Source of the DNA: Amoebophrya sp. A120
Taxonomy: Eukaryota; Protista; Dinoflagellata
Length of the DNA: 64,000 nt
NCBI GenBank assembly: GCA_905178155.1
Contig: CAJINV010000002.1
Location: 81,128-145,127 of the forward strand
Reading direction: 5' to 3'
The translations under genes were made by a program, and so were the position numbers. Within the stretch, counting starts at the first letter, position 1. Every line of letters begins with the position of its first letter. This document shows positions 24,838 through 37,324 of this stretch, piece after piece. Below the pieces are notes generated by a model. That model saw only the letters and a program-made list of their open reading frames with translations. It did not search any database and was not told the origin of the DNA.

Positions 24838-27800
24838 CTACCAAGATTTTTCTGCGTACTGCTCTACGCTCGGCGTCGCTCGGGGTGGCGGTGCTTTCCC
24901 CGCTCGCTGCGCAGGAATGAAGGGAGGCACTTCGGATGCGGCCTTGGACGTTGTGAAGGGAGGCGCTCGACGACCGTTGATTTCCTGTTGCTGTGACGAG
25001 GGGAGAAGTGGATGCCCGAGCGCGTCCAATTGCGAGGCCTGCTGTTGTTGGGCAGGAGCCGCAGGGGCCGCAGTGGTAGTAGTGCCGCCGCCGGTCGACG
25101 CGCGCCGGGCCGGACTTCCGCAGGCACGATCCTGGGCTGCTTGTTTCCTTTTTTTGAGGTATTCCTCAGATTTCTCCATGTGAAGCTGGACTTTTGCCGC
25201 CTTTTATGAGAGTGCACAACTCCCCCTCGTCCCCCTCATTTGTGTATCATGAACAGCACACGTGTATGCTGTGCATGACAGGCTTTTGCACGAATTGTAG
25301 TTCTATTTGGGCTTCCGCTTCCAGAATGTGTCATGCAAACAGTGCTACGAGGCAGCATCACAGCTGGATTTTTTTTGATTTTGCATGACAAATGAGGCGG
25401 AGGGGGAGTTGTGCGCTGTAATACCTCAGAGTCGAACATAAGTTGCTGCAACAGCTGCTGTATGCATTGCAAATATGCAGTCTGGGTCTGGAAGTTTGTC
25501 ATGCACGATTGCACATAAGCATGATCCGCGCCGCTTTTGTTTGTACTGCATGCTCTAGCATCAGCATCACACCTTTCGCACAGGCTTGCTCATGCCTATC
25601 CCACATCAGAAATGCGTTCTCGGGTGGCAAAAATCCAAGCACCTTTTCCTGCTCATGCAATACAAGTTTTTGGAGCATAGAGAGTTTAAGCATCACAACT
25701 CCCATTCTTTCCAGACACAAGGACATATCTGCAATGCATATTCTCCTCCAGCGAGGCTGCATCTGCGTTCACTACTCTCCCTACCCCGAAGTCGAAAAGC
25801 ACCAGCTCGTGGACGCTGTCTTGCGAAGTTGTTGTATCCGCCTGTTGTATAATATCCTGTGAAAGAACTACAGTATCGTACTCGCTGTATTAATCGCAAT
25901 AGAATACTGCATGACAGATCTTCTACGTGTGTACAATATTCAGCATTACAAACTCCATTTTGGATGCTAGGAAATATTGTCTATGCAATTTCTGTTAGTA
26001 CGATACTGTTACTTTCTTTTGCAGTGCATACTGCGAAATAACTCGTCGCAGGCCGATGTTCCGAAAAAAAACGTCCTCGTGCACGAAGTCGACTTCGGAG
26101 TACAACTCCGGTATCCTCTGTAAGAACGTCCCCACGACCCCCGAGTCGAGACGGGGGGAACTCTGCCATACAAGTCCGGCAGTGTAGTTGGGAGTCACGC
26201 ATGACAAGCTTCTCGCTGTACTGTAGTGCAGGTTAGAAAGGACAGCCGCATGAAGAAGCCATCTCCCTATCCTGTTTGCGGCATTACAATAAAGGCCAGA
26301 ACACAATTAGAAATGCCTCTCTTGGCTTCTACGCACGCGCATTACAAGCGTTCCTGTGTTGAGTGCAGATCTGCATTACAGCTCTGGGGTGGGGACGTTT
26401 TTACACGGGATATCCGGTAGTGCTTCTTCTGCCAGCCACTTCCTGACCTTTGCTGGCTTTACCAAGCCGAGGATCTGGGCGCCGCACGCCTCCAGCCTCT
26501 CCATTGAAATCACAGCGAAGCAGCCGAAGTTCTCGGAAAAATCAGAGATGGCGACGTCCCGCGGAAAATTTTTGCTCCCCAGTGCGGCGGCCTTCTGCGT
26601 GACGACTAGTTCTTGCGCACCGCAGGGCGGCAGCGGACAGGGAGTGTTCTTTTTGACGTAGCGCTCCGCGGCGTTTCGCATTGCAGCACGGATTTCTGGC
26701 AAAGTCTGTGCGGTTTGCATTATCACAATGAAAAATCCCCCCTCCCCATACCAAAACGCAGATCTGTGTAGCAGGATTTGGGCGGCCCACAAATCATGTT
26801 GTCATGCTAGAACAAGGTAGTCCTCGCAGCTGGCGACGTGGGAAGGCCTTGCATCTTCAGTCGATGTTGACAGGAGGCAATTGGAAGTGGGAAACAGCAT
26901 GAGAAAGTGCCTGCAATCAAGGCCGCAACTACGTCTCTTGGCCTTCTAGCAACACAAGCCGATTCCGATTTGTGTACGCAAATCCAATTGCATCACAAAT
27001 TTCCACCTTTCCGAGTATATGGGGAGGGGGGATTTTTCTTCACAATATCCATCGCCGCCCGCGCCTCGTCGTCACCCGGGAAATGCCAGGAGAAGTTGTC
27101 TGCTTTATGGTCAGGAAAAATTCCCCCTCCCCTCATGCACCAGCAGGAAATTTGTCATGCTATTTCAGGCAAGAGAGCAACAGTTGTTGGCTCGCATCGT
27201 GCTGAACAAAGCACAATGCGAAAGCCCCTTTGACGTTACAGCTTGGTCGCTGGTGAAGATCTTCACGAGCAAAAACTTTGCAAGAGGGTGGCGCTGTCTT
27301 TCTTGTCGTGTTGTATCTGGGGGGGGCTTCGTGTTTCACTTTGATACGCCTGCACTTCGGGCGGTGGCAGGCGAAAACTGTCTTTCCCCGTCGCAGGATC
27401 CGGGCCGACCTTGGCCGGCTTCGCCAACCACGTGACCTCGCCCTGTCCCACGTGGCTGGCGAAACCGGCCGCGAAGAGGTACTTCTCCGCCCGGTATCCA
27501 CTGCAAACATGGGTCTGTCTGGGTCTGGAAACTTGTGTTGCTGACATTTGCATTACAGACTGCCTCATGCTGTGATGCCGTACAGGCAGCCTGCCTGTAC
27601 GGCATTACAGCATGAGATGAAGTTATTTCCCTCAGCTTCCTGCGGATTCCTACTTCGTATTTAGCATTACAAACTGCCATCCAGCAGCACGATAAAAAAA
27701 GAAAAACTGGCCAAGAATCGTACTCATGCATTACAGATTCAGATCTTGATGTCCTCATTTAACTACAACTGCTCGTCCCGCATCACAAATTATCCAGAGG

Positions 27801-28619
27801 ACCCAGACATACTCATTTATTTGCAAGGCATACCCGTCCACTTTCCACATCATAAAACACCACGCGCGAGGGTGTGTTCAGCTTGTCGACTATTTCCCAT
27901 TCTCCAATATGGATTGCAAAAATGTCTGGGTCTGGAAGATGGTCAGTTTTGTCATGCAGGTTTTCCATGGCCCATGAGGTCTGGTATGTAGGACATAGCA
28001 TGACAGATTCTGCGAGACCTTTCCAATGCCTATCCTGCATGAGAAACTGCCTCTCGATTAGGTCAAAAGTGCACAACTTTATTTGGCAATCACGCAACAC
28101 AGTATTTTGCCTGATTCAGATTTAGCATGACAAGTTCCATCCTGCTCCCAGACGCAGACATTTCTACATTTGATATCCAAGGTATTGCGACGTCGTCCCC
28201 GGTTCTTCCCGGAGGGTCCGTTCCTTCCTGAACGGGTAGGTCGCGGGAGTGACGTGGAACCCGATCCGCTCGGGCGGTCTCTCTGGCTCCTGCGTACTAT
28301 GGGGGTGTCATGCTCGAAGTAGTCGTCAAAGATGAAATTATAGTTTGTCATGCATAAAAGTAAAAGGCGACGCAAGAAGTGCCTCTGTTGCACAGGACGC
28401 AAGGGAGGCAGATTGTAGTGCTGACAAGGGTCGAGCGTTGGGCGGCTGATTAGCATGACAGAGGAGAGCCCTTTTGTCCCAAACACAATGACATACTTGC
28501 TTTAGAGGAAATTTGTCATGCGCCGACTCTAAACAGAAATGGTATCAGTTTTATGCATTACAAATTTTCTCATCTTTGTTGATTTCGATCCTGACACCCC
28601 CATAATGCGACCCCGACAT
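24838..28619 (-). CDS. Divergent protein-kinase-like protein (~420 aa) split by nine introner-like elements
   Basis: The hand-spliced ORF is open from MSGSQEPERPPER to the stop at 24838. It carries ordered kinase-like motifs: HVGQGEV, YVKK, ELVVTQKAAALG, AVISMERL, FVHEDVFFRNIGL (HxDxxxxN) and LVLFDFGVGR (DFG). Confidence 0.8.
25205..25423. mobile_element. Family-E TIR introner-like element
   Basis: TATGAGAGTGCACAACTCCCCCTC ... GAGGGGGAGTTGTGCGCTGTAATA; flanks CCTTT/CCTCA. Confidence 0.85.
25461..25740. mobile_element. Family-A TIR introner-like element
   Basis: TATGCATTGCAAATATG ... CATATCTGCAATGCATA; flanks TGCTG/TTCTC. Confidence 0.85.
25853..26030. mobile_element. Family-D TIR introner-like element
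   Basis: D-type AGTATCGTACT/AGTACGATACT subtermini; flanking repeats decayed, but removing the element plus 5 nt restores the frame between the HxD and DFG exons. Confidence 0.75.
26112..26412. mobile_element. Family-F TIR introner-like element
   Basis: Family-F TIRs; perfect TCCGG duplication. Confidence 0.92.
26721..27047. mobile_element. Family-C TIR introner-like element
   Basis: Family-C TIRs; flanks TGCAT/TCCAT. Confidence 0.88.
27106..27346. mobile_element. Family-C TIR introner-like element (degenerate)
   Basis: TATGGTCAGGAAAAATTCCCCCTCCCC ... GGGGGGGCTTCGTGTTTCACTTTGATA; flanks TGCTT/CGCCT; frame restored. Confidence 0.75.
27495..27832. mobile_element. Family-A TIR introner-like element
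   Basis: Family-A TIRs; flanks CCCGG/CCCGT. Confidence 0.85.
27908..28175. mobile_element. Family-A TIR introner-like element
   Basis: Family-A TIRs; perfect TCCAA duplication. Confidence 0.92.
28298..28604. mobile_element. Family-G TIR introner-like element (one copy seen)
   Basis: TATGGGGGTGTCA ... TGACACCCCCATA; flanks CTGCG(TAC)/ATGCG. Confidence 0.8.
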
Positions 28620-31600
28620 GAATTCGTTTTTCTTCTTGGTTTTCGTTTTATCTCACTTCAAATCTTCTACTTAGGTGTTGAAAATGTTGAAATCGCTTGT
28701 CTCACAAAAAAACCATACTCAGTTACTGTGATCTGCTCCTGCTATTATACACTTTTGAGTGGATGGTGCACAGATTAAAATTTTGAAAAATTGCCAACAA
28801 GATGAAGCTACTGTACCGGATTATACGCAAAATCAACATTTTGCTGTTCGCTGAATCAATCAAGCCCTTCATGCCTACGAGTCGTCGAACAACAATAAAG
28901 TGCTCATCTTCAAATATTTCTACAAGGCTGCGGGGGGGGTAACACTCACACAGCAACTCGAAGCAACTATTTAACATTTTCTGTAGGACCTCGCATTCGC
29001 TCGCATTCTCTCGCCCCCGTCGAATATATCATAATAGGACTCCCAAATTTGACTACAACAAAAGCAAACTCGAATTGTACGAATTAAAACAAAAACCGAC
29101 GCCTCCCGACGACACGACTGACACGTCTATTGCCCCACGGATTTATCTAAGCGCAACGTCGGAAATGTTTCTGAATTATAAATTTGGTTCGGCAAAAAAT
29201 ATCAACGAGAACCGACGCATCTTTTGTTTTTAGGAGAACCAAAAGAGACTGACCACGTACGACCCAACAACGAGTTCGTCCTTGCTGTGACGACCATCCT
29301 CGTTCCACGTTTGATTTTCAGAAAAACCTAGTATACAGTTGTTCATTCATCATCTGGAAGTCTTGGTGCAGCCGCTATTCTGTACAGTACGTTTCTTACG
29401 AAGCGGCAAAGCTATTTCTATTTATTCATTGCTGAACAAAAAACTGGCATTTTGTATATTACGATCGTTTGATTAATTTTGATGCAACTAGTACGACCCC
29501 TTCGTGCGAACAGAAATTCGTGATTGAGAAAATTTGTTGTAATAGTCTGAAACAGAAAGAGAAACCGAAACTGTGAATGCGTGAAAGCGCACTAGAACGA
29601 AACATTTTGAAACGTGTGTTTGTAGAAGTGATAGGATTACTGACTCAAGCCAATATAAATCTTCGATTGCAGTTGAAATTGTACGACTCGTCTGGCGAAA
29701 CCTTCGATTGATTCTTGTGCGAAAACGTTCCTGTACAAAAAATCTGACTTCGAAAGCCGACAATATTCTGTGTAGTAAGAGAAAACTGTTGCCTGCTGAA
29801 GTAAACATAAATGCTTTGTAGTACAGCGTACCTGTTTGTTTTACGCGTAGGCACTTGTTACGTACCCAAATTAATTCCGTCTCACTGCACGTCGGCCCCT
29901 CCGCTCCCCCTACAGCTCCGAATGCGCCCGTGATGAGCGTGTTGTGGTGCAGCTCGTTGAAGATAGGTGTCGAACTAACTGGCCCTCCATGATCAGCCAT
30001 AGTGATTTTTGGTGTCGATGCAGTTCCAGGCTTTGATGTGTTTCAGCCACTTCTTCTAGCTGCTGTCCTCATCACATCTCCGATCCAGCAAGAAGAAAAC
30101 TTCAGTTGCACTGCTGCTGCTACTACTGCTCAGGATGATTGATGCAGTTCTTGCGTGGGAGTAAGTAACCGGATCGTCCTTTCTACCAGTAGCTAGATGT
30201 CGTCAAGGAGAAGTAGTAGGAGTAGATGTTCATCATGGATCAACAGCAAATACGTCTCTGTCTGGCAGACTATGCGTTTTTGTCATGCATCTTGTGGACC
30301 ACAGCCACACAGATGGCCTGGAATGCAAAAGAAACATCTTCACAGACTTTGCGAGAGATAAGTATGGCATTCCGCATGCCCATCCCGCATGAGAGATGAG
30401 TCGCCCTTTCCGTAGCAAAATAAGTTGACAACTTTCTCGGTGCTCATGAAACGCAGATATTTTCATTGCGATGCAGATTTAGCATGACAAGTTGCACTCT
30501 TCCCGACCCAGACATACTTGCAAGAGATAATATGTTCCTGGCTGCATCATCATCTTCGATTCGCGACCGTGTGGTAGTTCCTCGACGTTGTCCTGCTGCA
30601 GTAGCTGCTTTATTTGTAGAGAACCACGACGCACCACAAGCACGACTACAGGGTTCATCTCGCCAGCAGTGCTTCATCTGCGCGGATGAGGAGGGTCGCA
30701 CACCATGACGACGACCTAATTTTGGTGCAGAGAAATGCTGCTATCGCTATGCAGGAGTGGTACAAGAGAAGCACGGGTTGTGCAACATCATCACTCATCG
30801 AAGGTATTTCTCAAGCCAACAGCGCACACAAAAAATACGTCTCAACCCCGGCGCCACGATTTTCGCTTCTTCGTAAAAAGGCCCTCTGGTGTTGCTTTCG
30901 TTTTTGTCTGACAATAGTGTCAGTGTGCCTGCTTACGTGGATATCCCCTCGTCCGGCGGTGGCGACCTTCGTTTTGTCAGGGAAATTGAATATTAAATGT
31001 TGCTTAGAAGGGGGGGGGGTTGCAAAGCAAGAACATTACCATCGTCGATCATGATGACAAGCGGCTCCCACCTTACCGTTTCTACTACAACACAAAAAAA
31101 ATACCTGATTGTTCGACTGTTTGAAAAATCTACACTTCCGGCTGCTGCAATCGTTGTTTAGGTTTATGTCTACTGGGGGTCGAGGACAGAATTGGTTTTT
31201 TTATCGTGCAGTAGAGTCCCGGCAGGTCAAAACAGGGTGGTCCACTCGGATTACAAAAATTGTTTTATAAAGTAGTTTTGTGAATGATTTTGCTGTAGTG
31301 CTGTTTTTACTCTTATTTGCTTCTCGGCACCTCTCGGCGGCGCTGCTGCCCACGACTGCAGAAAGATCGTATGTATAATTGTCATCTATTTCCGTTGCAG
31401 CTGTTCTGTTTGTGTTCGTGTTCAAATTTTGTCTCAGGGGAAGAGGACAATTACTGATGCGTAGTTGTTCCGAAGTGGGTGTGTTGCTTGTGGCCAAAAT
31501 TGGTCTTCCCGCAGAGTTATTGCTGCTCCCACTTTTTATTCACTCCTGTTGATAATATCAGGATGGCTGCTGCTGCAGCTGCTGCTGCCCCTGTTCTTGC

Positions 31601-31745
31601 CCGTGCTGGTGGACCAAACCCTGCTGGGAATTCGCGTTCCTGCTGAAAATATTACTCCCACCGGCTTCATATCCTGTGCAGAAGTATCGTAGTCGTATAC
31701 CTAGATTGCACTTGCATATTTTGTCTTTTTCTGCAAAGATCAGCA

Positions 31746-34311
31746 TTACAAATTGATTTTTTCTTCTGGGTTCAAAAAGTTTCGTGATGCAATTCCTATA
31801 TCGTGGTACTCGTACTGCGATGCTTCTGCAGTGAATACGGTTGCGATGGGCTGCGACGCGGCCTGAGCCTGCCCCGCAGCGTTCACCCCGAATGCGAATG
31901 CACGGTTGAAGCTACTCCCCTGGTTATTTGCGCCGATGCCAATCGATTGACTGTTGTTGAATATTCCTGCTCCAAAAACTACATTACGCGCGGCCACGAC
32001 GACCGGTGCGGGTCCGGCGTCGGCTTGCGGCATCAGTTCGTCCTCCTCGTGGACGCCGGACGAGGATGCAGCAGCCGGCCCGTTCGGTGGTTGCGACGTT
32101 GTAGTCTGCTGGACATATTTATTTTTTTTTCGCGATGAAGTTCGAACAGCACCAACCAGCAAGACGAAGCGAGCAACTGGTGGTGGTCAAAATGCGGACA
32201 AAACAAAAGCTCTCCTTCTATGTCCTGTGTGCATTACAAATTCCGCGATCAAGACATCAATAGATGCAAGTACCTGATTTCCCCCAAAAACATTCATAAT
32301 CCGACTGCCGATCGGATTCAAAGTAGTCGTCGTCGTCCCAATCGTAGTACTCGCCTTGAAAGAAGTCCCGGCTCCACTGGGATTGAAAACCGCCGGTTGC
32401 TGCAGGGGCAATTTCGCGGTTGTACCAAAACCCAAATAGCCGCCGCCCGTGGAGAGCCGGCCGGCGGACGACGTCGCGGCCGATGGCAAGGAGGAGCTTG
32501 ATGCGCCGGTAGAAGTCGTGGGAATTATCTTGTTGTGCTGGCTCGTGTTCGGGAATGATCTTCCACCCAGATTGAACTGTAACGGGGGAAGCGCCTTCGT
32601 CGTGTTCTGCAGGGTAGTTGTAGAAATTGGGGCCGCGTGGTACAGCACTCTCTGGTTCTTATTCACGTCGGGGGCATGCGCATGATGTGATGTGGTCGAA
32701 CCCGTTGTTCTGTTCTCGTGGGGCGGATAAACGCTCGAGACTGATTTATGCATCGCAAATAGGTCTGGGTCTGGCTCTGGAAACTTGTGATGAGGAATTC
32801 TACGTGATCGGCGAACTTCTACGCCAGCCAAGCATGACAACTTCTATACGACGCTCTCTAGTCATGCGCAGTGCGCACTACAAACTGCGTTTTTGAATGA
32901 CAAATGAAGTTGCTTGGGTTCTTCTGCAGTTCGTCATGCAATACAGATTTTGTAGGAGTACCAGACAACCAGCACAAGTTCCACTTTTCCAAACCCAGAC
33001 GCAGTGGCAGTTGATATGATTTCTTCTGCTGAAAATCGTCCACGCACGCTTCTTATCAAATGCAAATATGTCTGGGTCTGGAAATTTGTCATGCCGAAAT
33101 GTGCAAGAGAAAGTACGCTTCCTTATGCAGGAAAGCATGACAAGACAAGTTTGCAGGACGCTTTCTCATACGAACTCTGCATGAGAAAATGCGTTTTTGT
33201 ATGACATGAGAGGCTACCAGTTTTGTTGGTCATTCAATACAGATTTCACAGGAATGCAAGATGAGCATCACAAGTTCCAACTTTCCAGACCCAGACATAT
33301 TTGGATTTGATACCTCCTCTTCCAACCGCCGGGTCGGCCGTATGGAGTTCTCAAACGTGATATTGCGAGGAAAAATCCCCCCTCCCCATATCGAAAGTAA
33401 ACTTGTGATGCTGGATTTGCGTACACAAATCGACTTGTATTGCTAGAATGCCAAGAGACGCAGCTGTGGCCTGAACTGCAGGCAGTTTGTCATGCTGTTT
33501 TCCACTTCCAGTTGTCTCCTCTCTTGCTGAAAGTGCAAGGCTTTCTCACGCCAGCCAGCACTACAGTCCGCATCTTTTGCCTTCTAGCATGACAACGTGA
33601 TTTGTGGTAGCAAATCATGCTACACAAATCTCCGTTTTGGTATGGGGTGGGGGCTTTTTTCACTCTGATACGTGTGGCTCTCAGCTGTAGTTACGTGAAC
33701 TGGTAATTTGCAATAGAGAGGCATCAAAATGAAAATTGGCCGAGATGAGTATCTTCTTGCGCCCCTAGCATTACAAATTCGGCACAGAAGATTTCTGTGC
33801 GGTGTAGCCGTTCAAAAATTTGTCATGCGAGGTAGCTGCGTCGTGTAGACGGACCTTGGTGTTGACTTTGCATGACAAATCACGCAACAGCCGCTGAGAC
33901 GAAGGTCGCGTTTCAGAGTTCCATAGACCGCGTTGATTTGTTGTTCTGCTCACCCTCATTCGCAGCAAATAAACTTTCCGCGCTTCCGGCTTCTTGGTCG
34001 GCCTGGCCGATATCAACCAGGTTACTATTTGAGCGGTTGTTTACAAACTCTTCCTCGTATTGCTTCTGTACGTGACCGGTAAGGGAGGCCAGTGCACGTG
34101 CGTTTAATCCCGCGGTCGCGGCGGGCGCAGCACGAGAAGATGAGGAGGAGCTACCGGAATCATGAGAAGTTGCCGACGAAGACGAAGAGGTCAACAGCTC
34201 GGGTTGTTGTTGTTCTTGTTGTTCTGGTCCACTTCTATTCATCCTCATCGTGGCAAACGGATTATTACCCTGCAGCAAACTCCTGCCCCTGCTAGATCCT
34301 GTTGTCCCCAA
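31746..34311 (-). CDS. Ser/Thr/Gln/Gly-rich low-complexity protein with scattered FG/FN motifs (partial)
   Basis: ORFs 33913-34311, 32187-32840 and 31746-32162 join in frame via removal of 33341-33925, 33054-33312 and 32747-33016 (NNKSTR/PTRRLEE/EACVDDFQQKKS/VSSVYPPH) and a probable GT-AG intron at 32109-32273. Confidence 0.75.
32747..33016. mobile_element. Family-A TIR introner-like element
   Basis: Family-A TIRs; perfect TGATT duplication. Confidence 0.92.
33054..33312. mobile_element. Family-A TIR introner-like element
   Basis: Family-A TIRs; flanks CTTCT/CCTCC. Confidence 0.88.
33341..33925. mobile_element. Family-B element containing a nested family-C element
   Basis: TATGGAGTTCTCAAACG ... 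CGTTTCAGAGTTCCATA; flanks GGCCG/GACCG. Confidence 0.85.
33361..33670. mobile_element. Family-C element nested 20 bp inside the B element
   Basis: Family-C TIRs; flanks CGTGA/CGTGT. Confidence 0.88.
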
Positions 34312-34971
34312 CGCCGGTCGTGGTGGCTGTGGGAGAAATGGGGAAGAGGTAGATGGGTAGTTGTTGTGGTTCTCCTGCAGTCGAATACGCTTGTCCTCCC
34401 ACCCACTTGACGAAGAGGAAGAAAACGAGTTGTTCTCGTAGTTATCGGCAGAGATTGGTGAAAACGCAGCGGCTTGGTCTCCTGCTCCAGAACCATGGGA
34501 GGTGTCCTATGCTTTGCAACAGTATCGTTTGTTCGTGCTAGTATACAAAATTGCATCACATCAAATTTTCTCAAAAGGAAAACTGGAATTCATAATTCTG
34601 ACACACCTAAAAAAGGGATGTTTGTCATGCTTGATAGCAAAATTACGACGAGTGCGATACTTTATTTGCACGGGATATACCAGGAGATATTACGATGTTG
34701 GTTCTTGGCTGCGTGCCGAATTGCATCACCATTGACGTGATGCCGTGATTTAGTGCTTCCCCCGTGTTGCCCCATCGCTCGGCTTTCTTATCGTATTTCT
34801 GCTGCAGGTGCCGGTATTCCCGCACCCGCTTATTGGACGTCTGTGCGATTTCATCCTGCTCTCGTACGATATTTTGTCCTATGCTGTGCAAAAGTGTTTT
34901 CAGCACTTGCTGCTAGAACTGCGATTTTCGTTGAAGAAGCTGTAGCAGGAGCGGTACTTCTCATGTAAGCG

Positions 34972-35445
34972 TCATGTTCTTACGTTGTCCAGAGCCAGAC
35001 CGCCTCTTGCTGTATTGCAATATTTTTTGCATGAAATCGTGACCACGCAGTTCATGCCTGTGCGATAGATACTTTTACGCCGGCTATCTTCCTCTTCCGC
35101 CCTCTCGCGTTCCTGCCGACGCTCCAGCTCTTGCCGGCGGTGGGTAGCCACCTCCCGGGCCCAGACGTCCCTTTTGATTTCCTCTTGGAGCGCCAAATCG
35201 GCGGCCTCCGCGCTTCTCTGCAGGTACGCGGATTGTCGCATAGCGGCCGCGTCGCGGACATTGCGTGCACGCCGCTGCTCCGTTTCGCACTGCACCTGCA
35301 GCGTTGCCTCGTAGAGGCGTGGATCTTTTCTCGTATACCCTTCCACTCCGAGCCGGGGCACGTACACGGGCCCAAGACCCATGCTGCGCGCGCGGCCCGG
35401 TGCTGGGGGAGCTGGGTCGTCAGGGGGATCGGATTCAGAGGACAT
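34972..35445 (-). CDS. Glu/Arg-rich coiled-coil hypothetical protein (exon)
   Basis: 157-aa ORF with ATG start and a charged helical stretch (QEEIKRDVWAREVATHRRQELERRQERERAEEE). Confidence 0.55.
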   Translation of the reverse strand: MSSESDPPDDPAPPAPGRARSMGLGPVYVPRLGVEGYTRKDPRLYEATLQVQCETEQRRARNVRDAAAMRQSAYLQRSAEAADLALQEEIKRDVWAREVATHRRQELERRQERERAEEEDSRRKSIYRTGMNCVVTISCKKYCNTARGGLALDNVRT

Positions 35446-37324
35446 GTTTCGATACGGAAGGTTCTTTTGCCGAAGTAGGTATTAAGCACGGCTGTCTATA
35501 TGATAGTTCGAAATAGAGGCGGCCGCCGCCACGTCCTTCTCCCTAGTTTGACATGGACAGCAGTGTAAAACTCGCCTTGGTTGTTTGTTAGCAAAACGAG
35601 AGGTTTTCTTTTCCTCTGTATTGGGTTATTTCGCGTGCGCATGGGCGTGACCACGTCCCCTTCTCTCCGATCGGACAGTGGTCGCACGAAATCCCAGAAA
35701 TATATGTCGTACGTACGAAGAGGATATCTCAGCAACTTCGCTCGGCTTCTCCGTCCTCTCAGAAATGCAATTGCTCGGCTTCATATAAAAGTCCCGATCA
35801 CTCCATGGTGCTCTTGCTAATGATAGACACATAGTGTCGACGACGAATCTGAATATCAGGGACCGAGTGTCGCACGATGCGGCGAAGGCGAAGACTAGTT
35901 CGAAGCAGAGTAGTTGTCTCGCAACCGATGCGCAACAAGAACAACTAGAACTACGCACCATTTTGGCGGACTCCACATTGGGGACACCCTGCGTGCCCGA
36001 CCATGATGTGTATGAGGTGAAAGTACGTAGCTCAGACGCAGGCTGCGGCAACTTCTTTTCGGCCCCGCCGCGCCAGTGCAGAATAGTGACACCACTTTAA
36101 TACGCTTGGGACAGTGGCGGGTCTCCGCGACAATAAGTGGCACACCGGCGGGCCCACAACATGAAGTCACGCCCAAGGGCTCTTTGCGACACGATCATGA
36201 CAGAGGCGCAGGCGAGGGTCGGCACGGGGGACACGGCCGGCAAGAGCGCGCGCGGCGTGCGCCCACGCACACACTGATGGGCCCCGCGGCCACCTCGTCG
36301 CGCGGGTTCCGGCGCTAAGGAGGCAGCGGGCGTGGCGTGCCACCACCAGAGCCCTGTGACAAGAGTCGCGCGCGCCTCTCGCAGCTTCTTCCACCTTGTT
36401 TGCCCCGCTTCGGGTGGTCCGGCGTGAGAGGCGGTGTAGCCCAGCTCTAAGTTGAGCTGTGCCGCGGCCGTTGACAGCGTGAGGAAAGTATCTCCATCAT
36501 GCGCCAACCAACGCAGAAAGTTCGCGCGGCTGTGGCTGCGGCTCTTCCGTATGCAAAGAAGCCCCGTCGCGCCACCTAGGGGCTGCGCTGCCACGCGCCT
36601 GCGCGCGCCCGCTGGCGCGCAAGATGAACGGGAGGCGCACGTCGCCGCCCCTGATTATATGTCCTGCTTGCTGGAAACGCACACTCTACGCATGAAGAGG
36701 ATCTCGCGGAAAGTTCACTCAGCTTTTTCACCTCGCAAAAACGCAGCTACTCGGCTTCATATCTAAGTCCTTATCACTCCACGCCGGTCTTGCGAATGCA
36801 GTTGTAGACAAGAAGGAAACTACTTTTTCATGAACAAAATTCGAGTATTCTGCACGAAGGTCTTGCAATAGAACACACTTTTTTTTATCTTTATGAACAA
36901 ACTTGCTTTGTTGTCAACTACTCGTCGCGGGCACTGTACAACTAGAGCTCCATGCTGTACTTACTTTGGTTCAAGTACAGCAACTATCCTCATTAGTGTG
37001 ATCCTCAATATTTTCATCATCGTTTATTACAGTTTTGTTGTCTGCTGGTGGTCGAAAGCCAGCATATTGACCAGCCTTGTCATCTTCCTTGTTATCTAGC
37101 CTTTTTCGTCGCACCCACCCTGAGGAAGCACCAGTTTGATTCTTGTACTATTGGTGCGTGATCTTAATCAAGACATCCGGGCGAAACAGTGGATTTATCA
37201 CACGAGTCGGCGCGAAGATGACGAAAAGGGGAGGTCTCTAAATTGCATTTATTTCGTGTTGATGCTCTTTTTCTCCAGTTCAAAGACGTAGTGTCACGAC
37301 TGTCTAGGTTCGCGATAACGAGTT

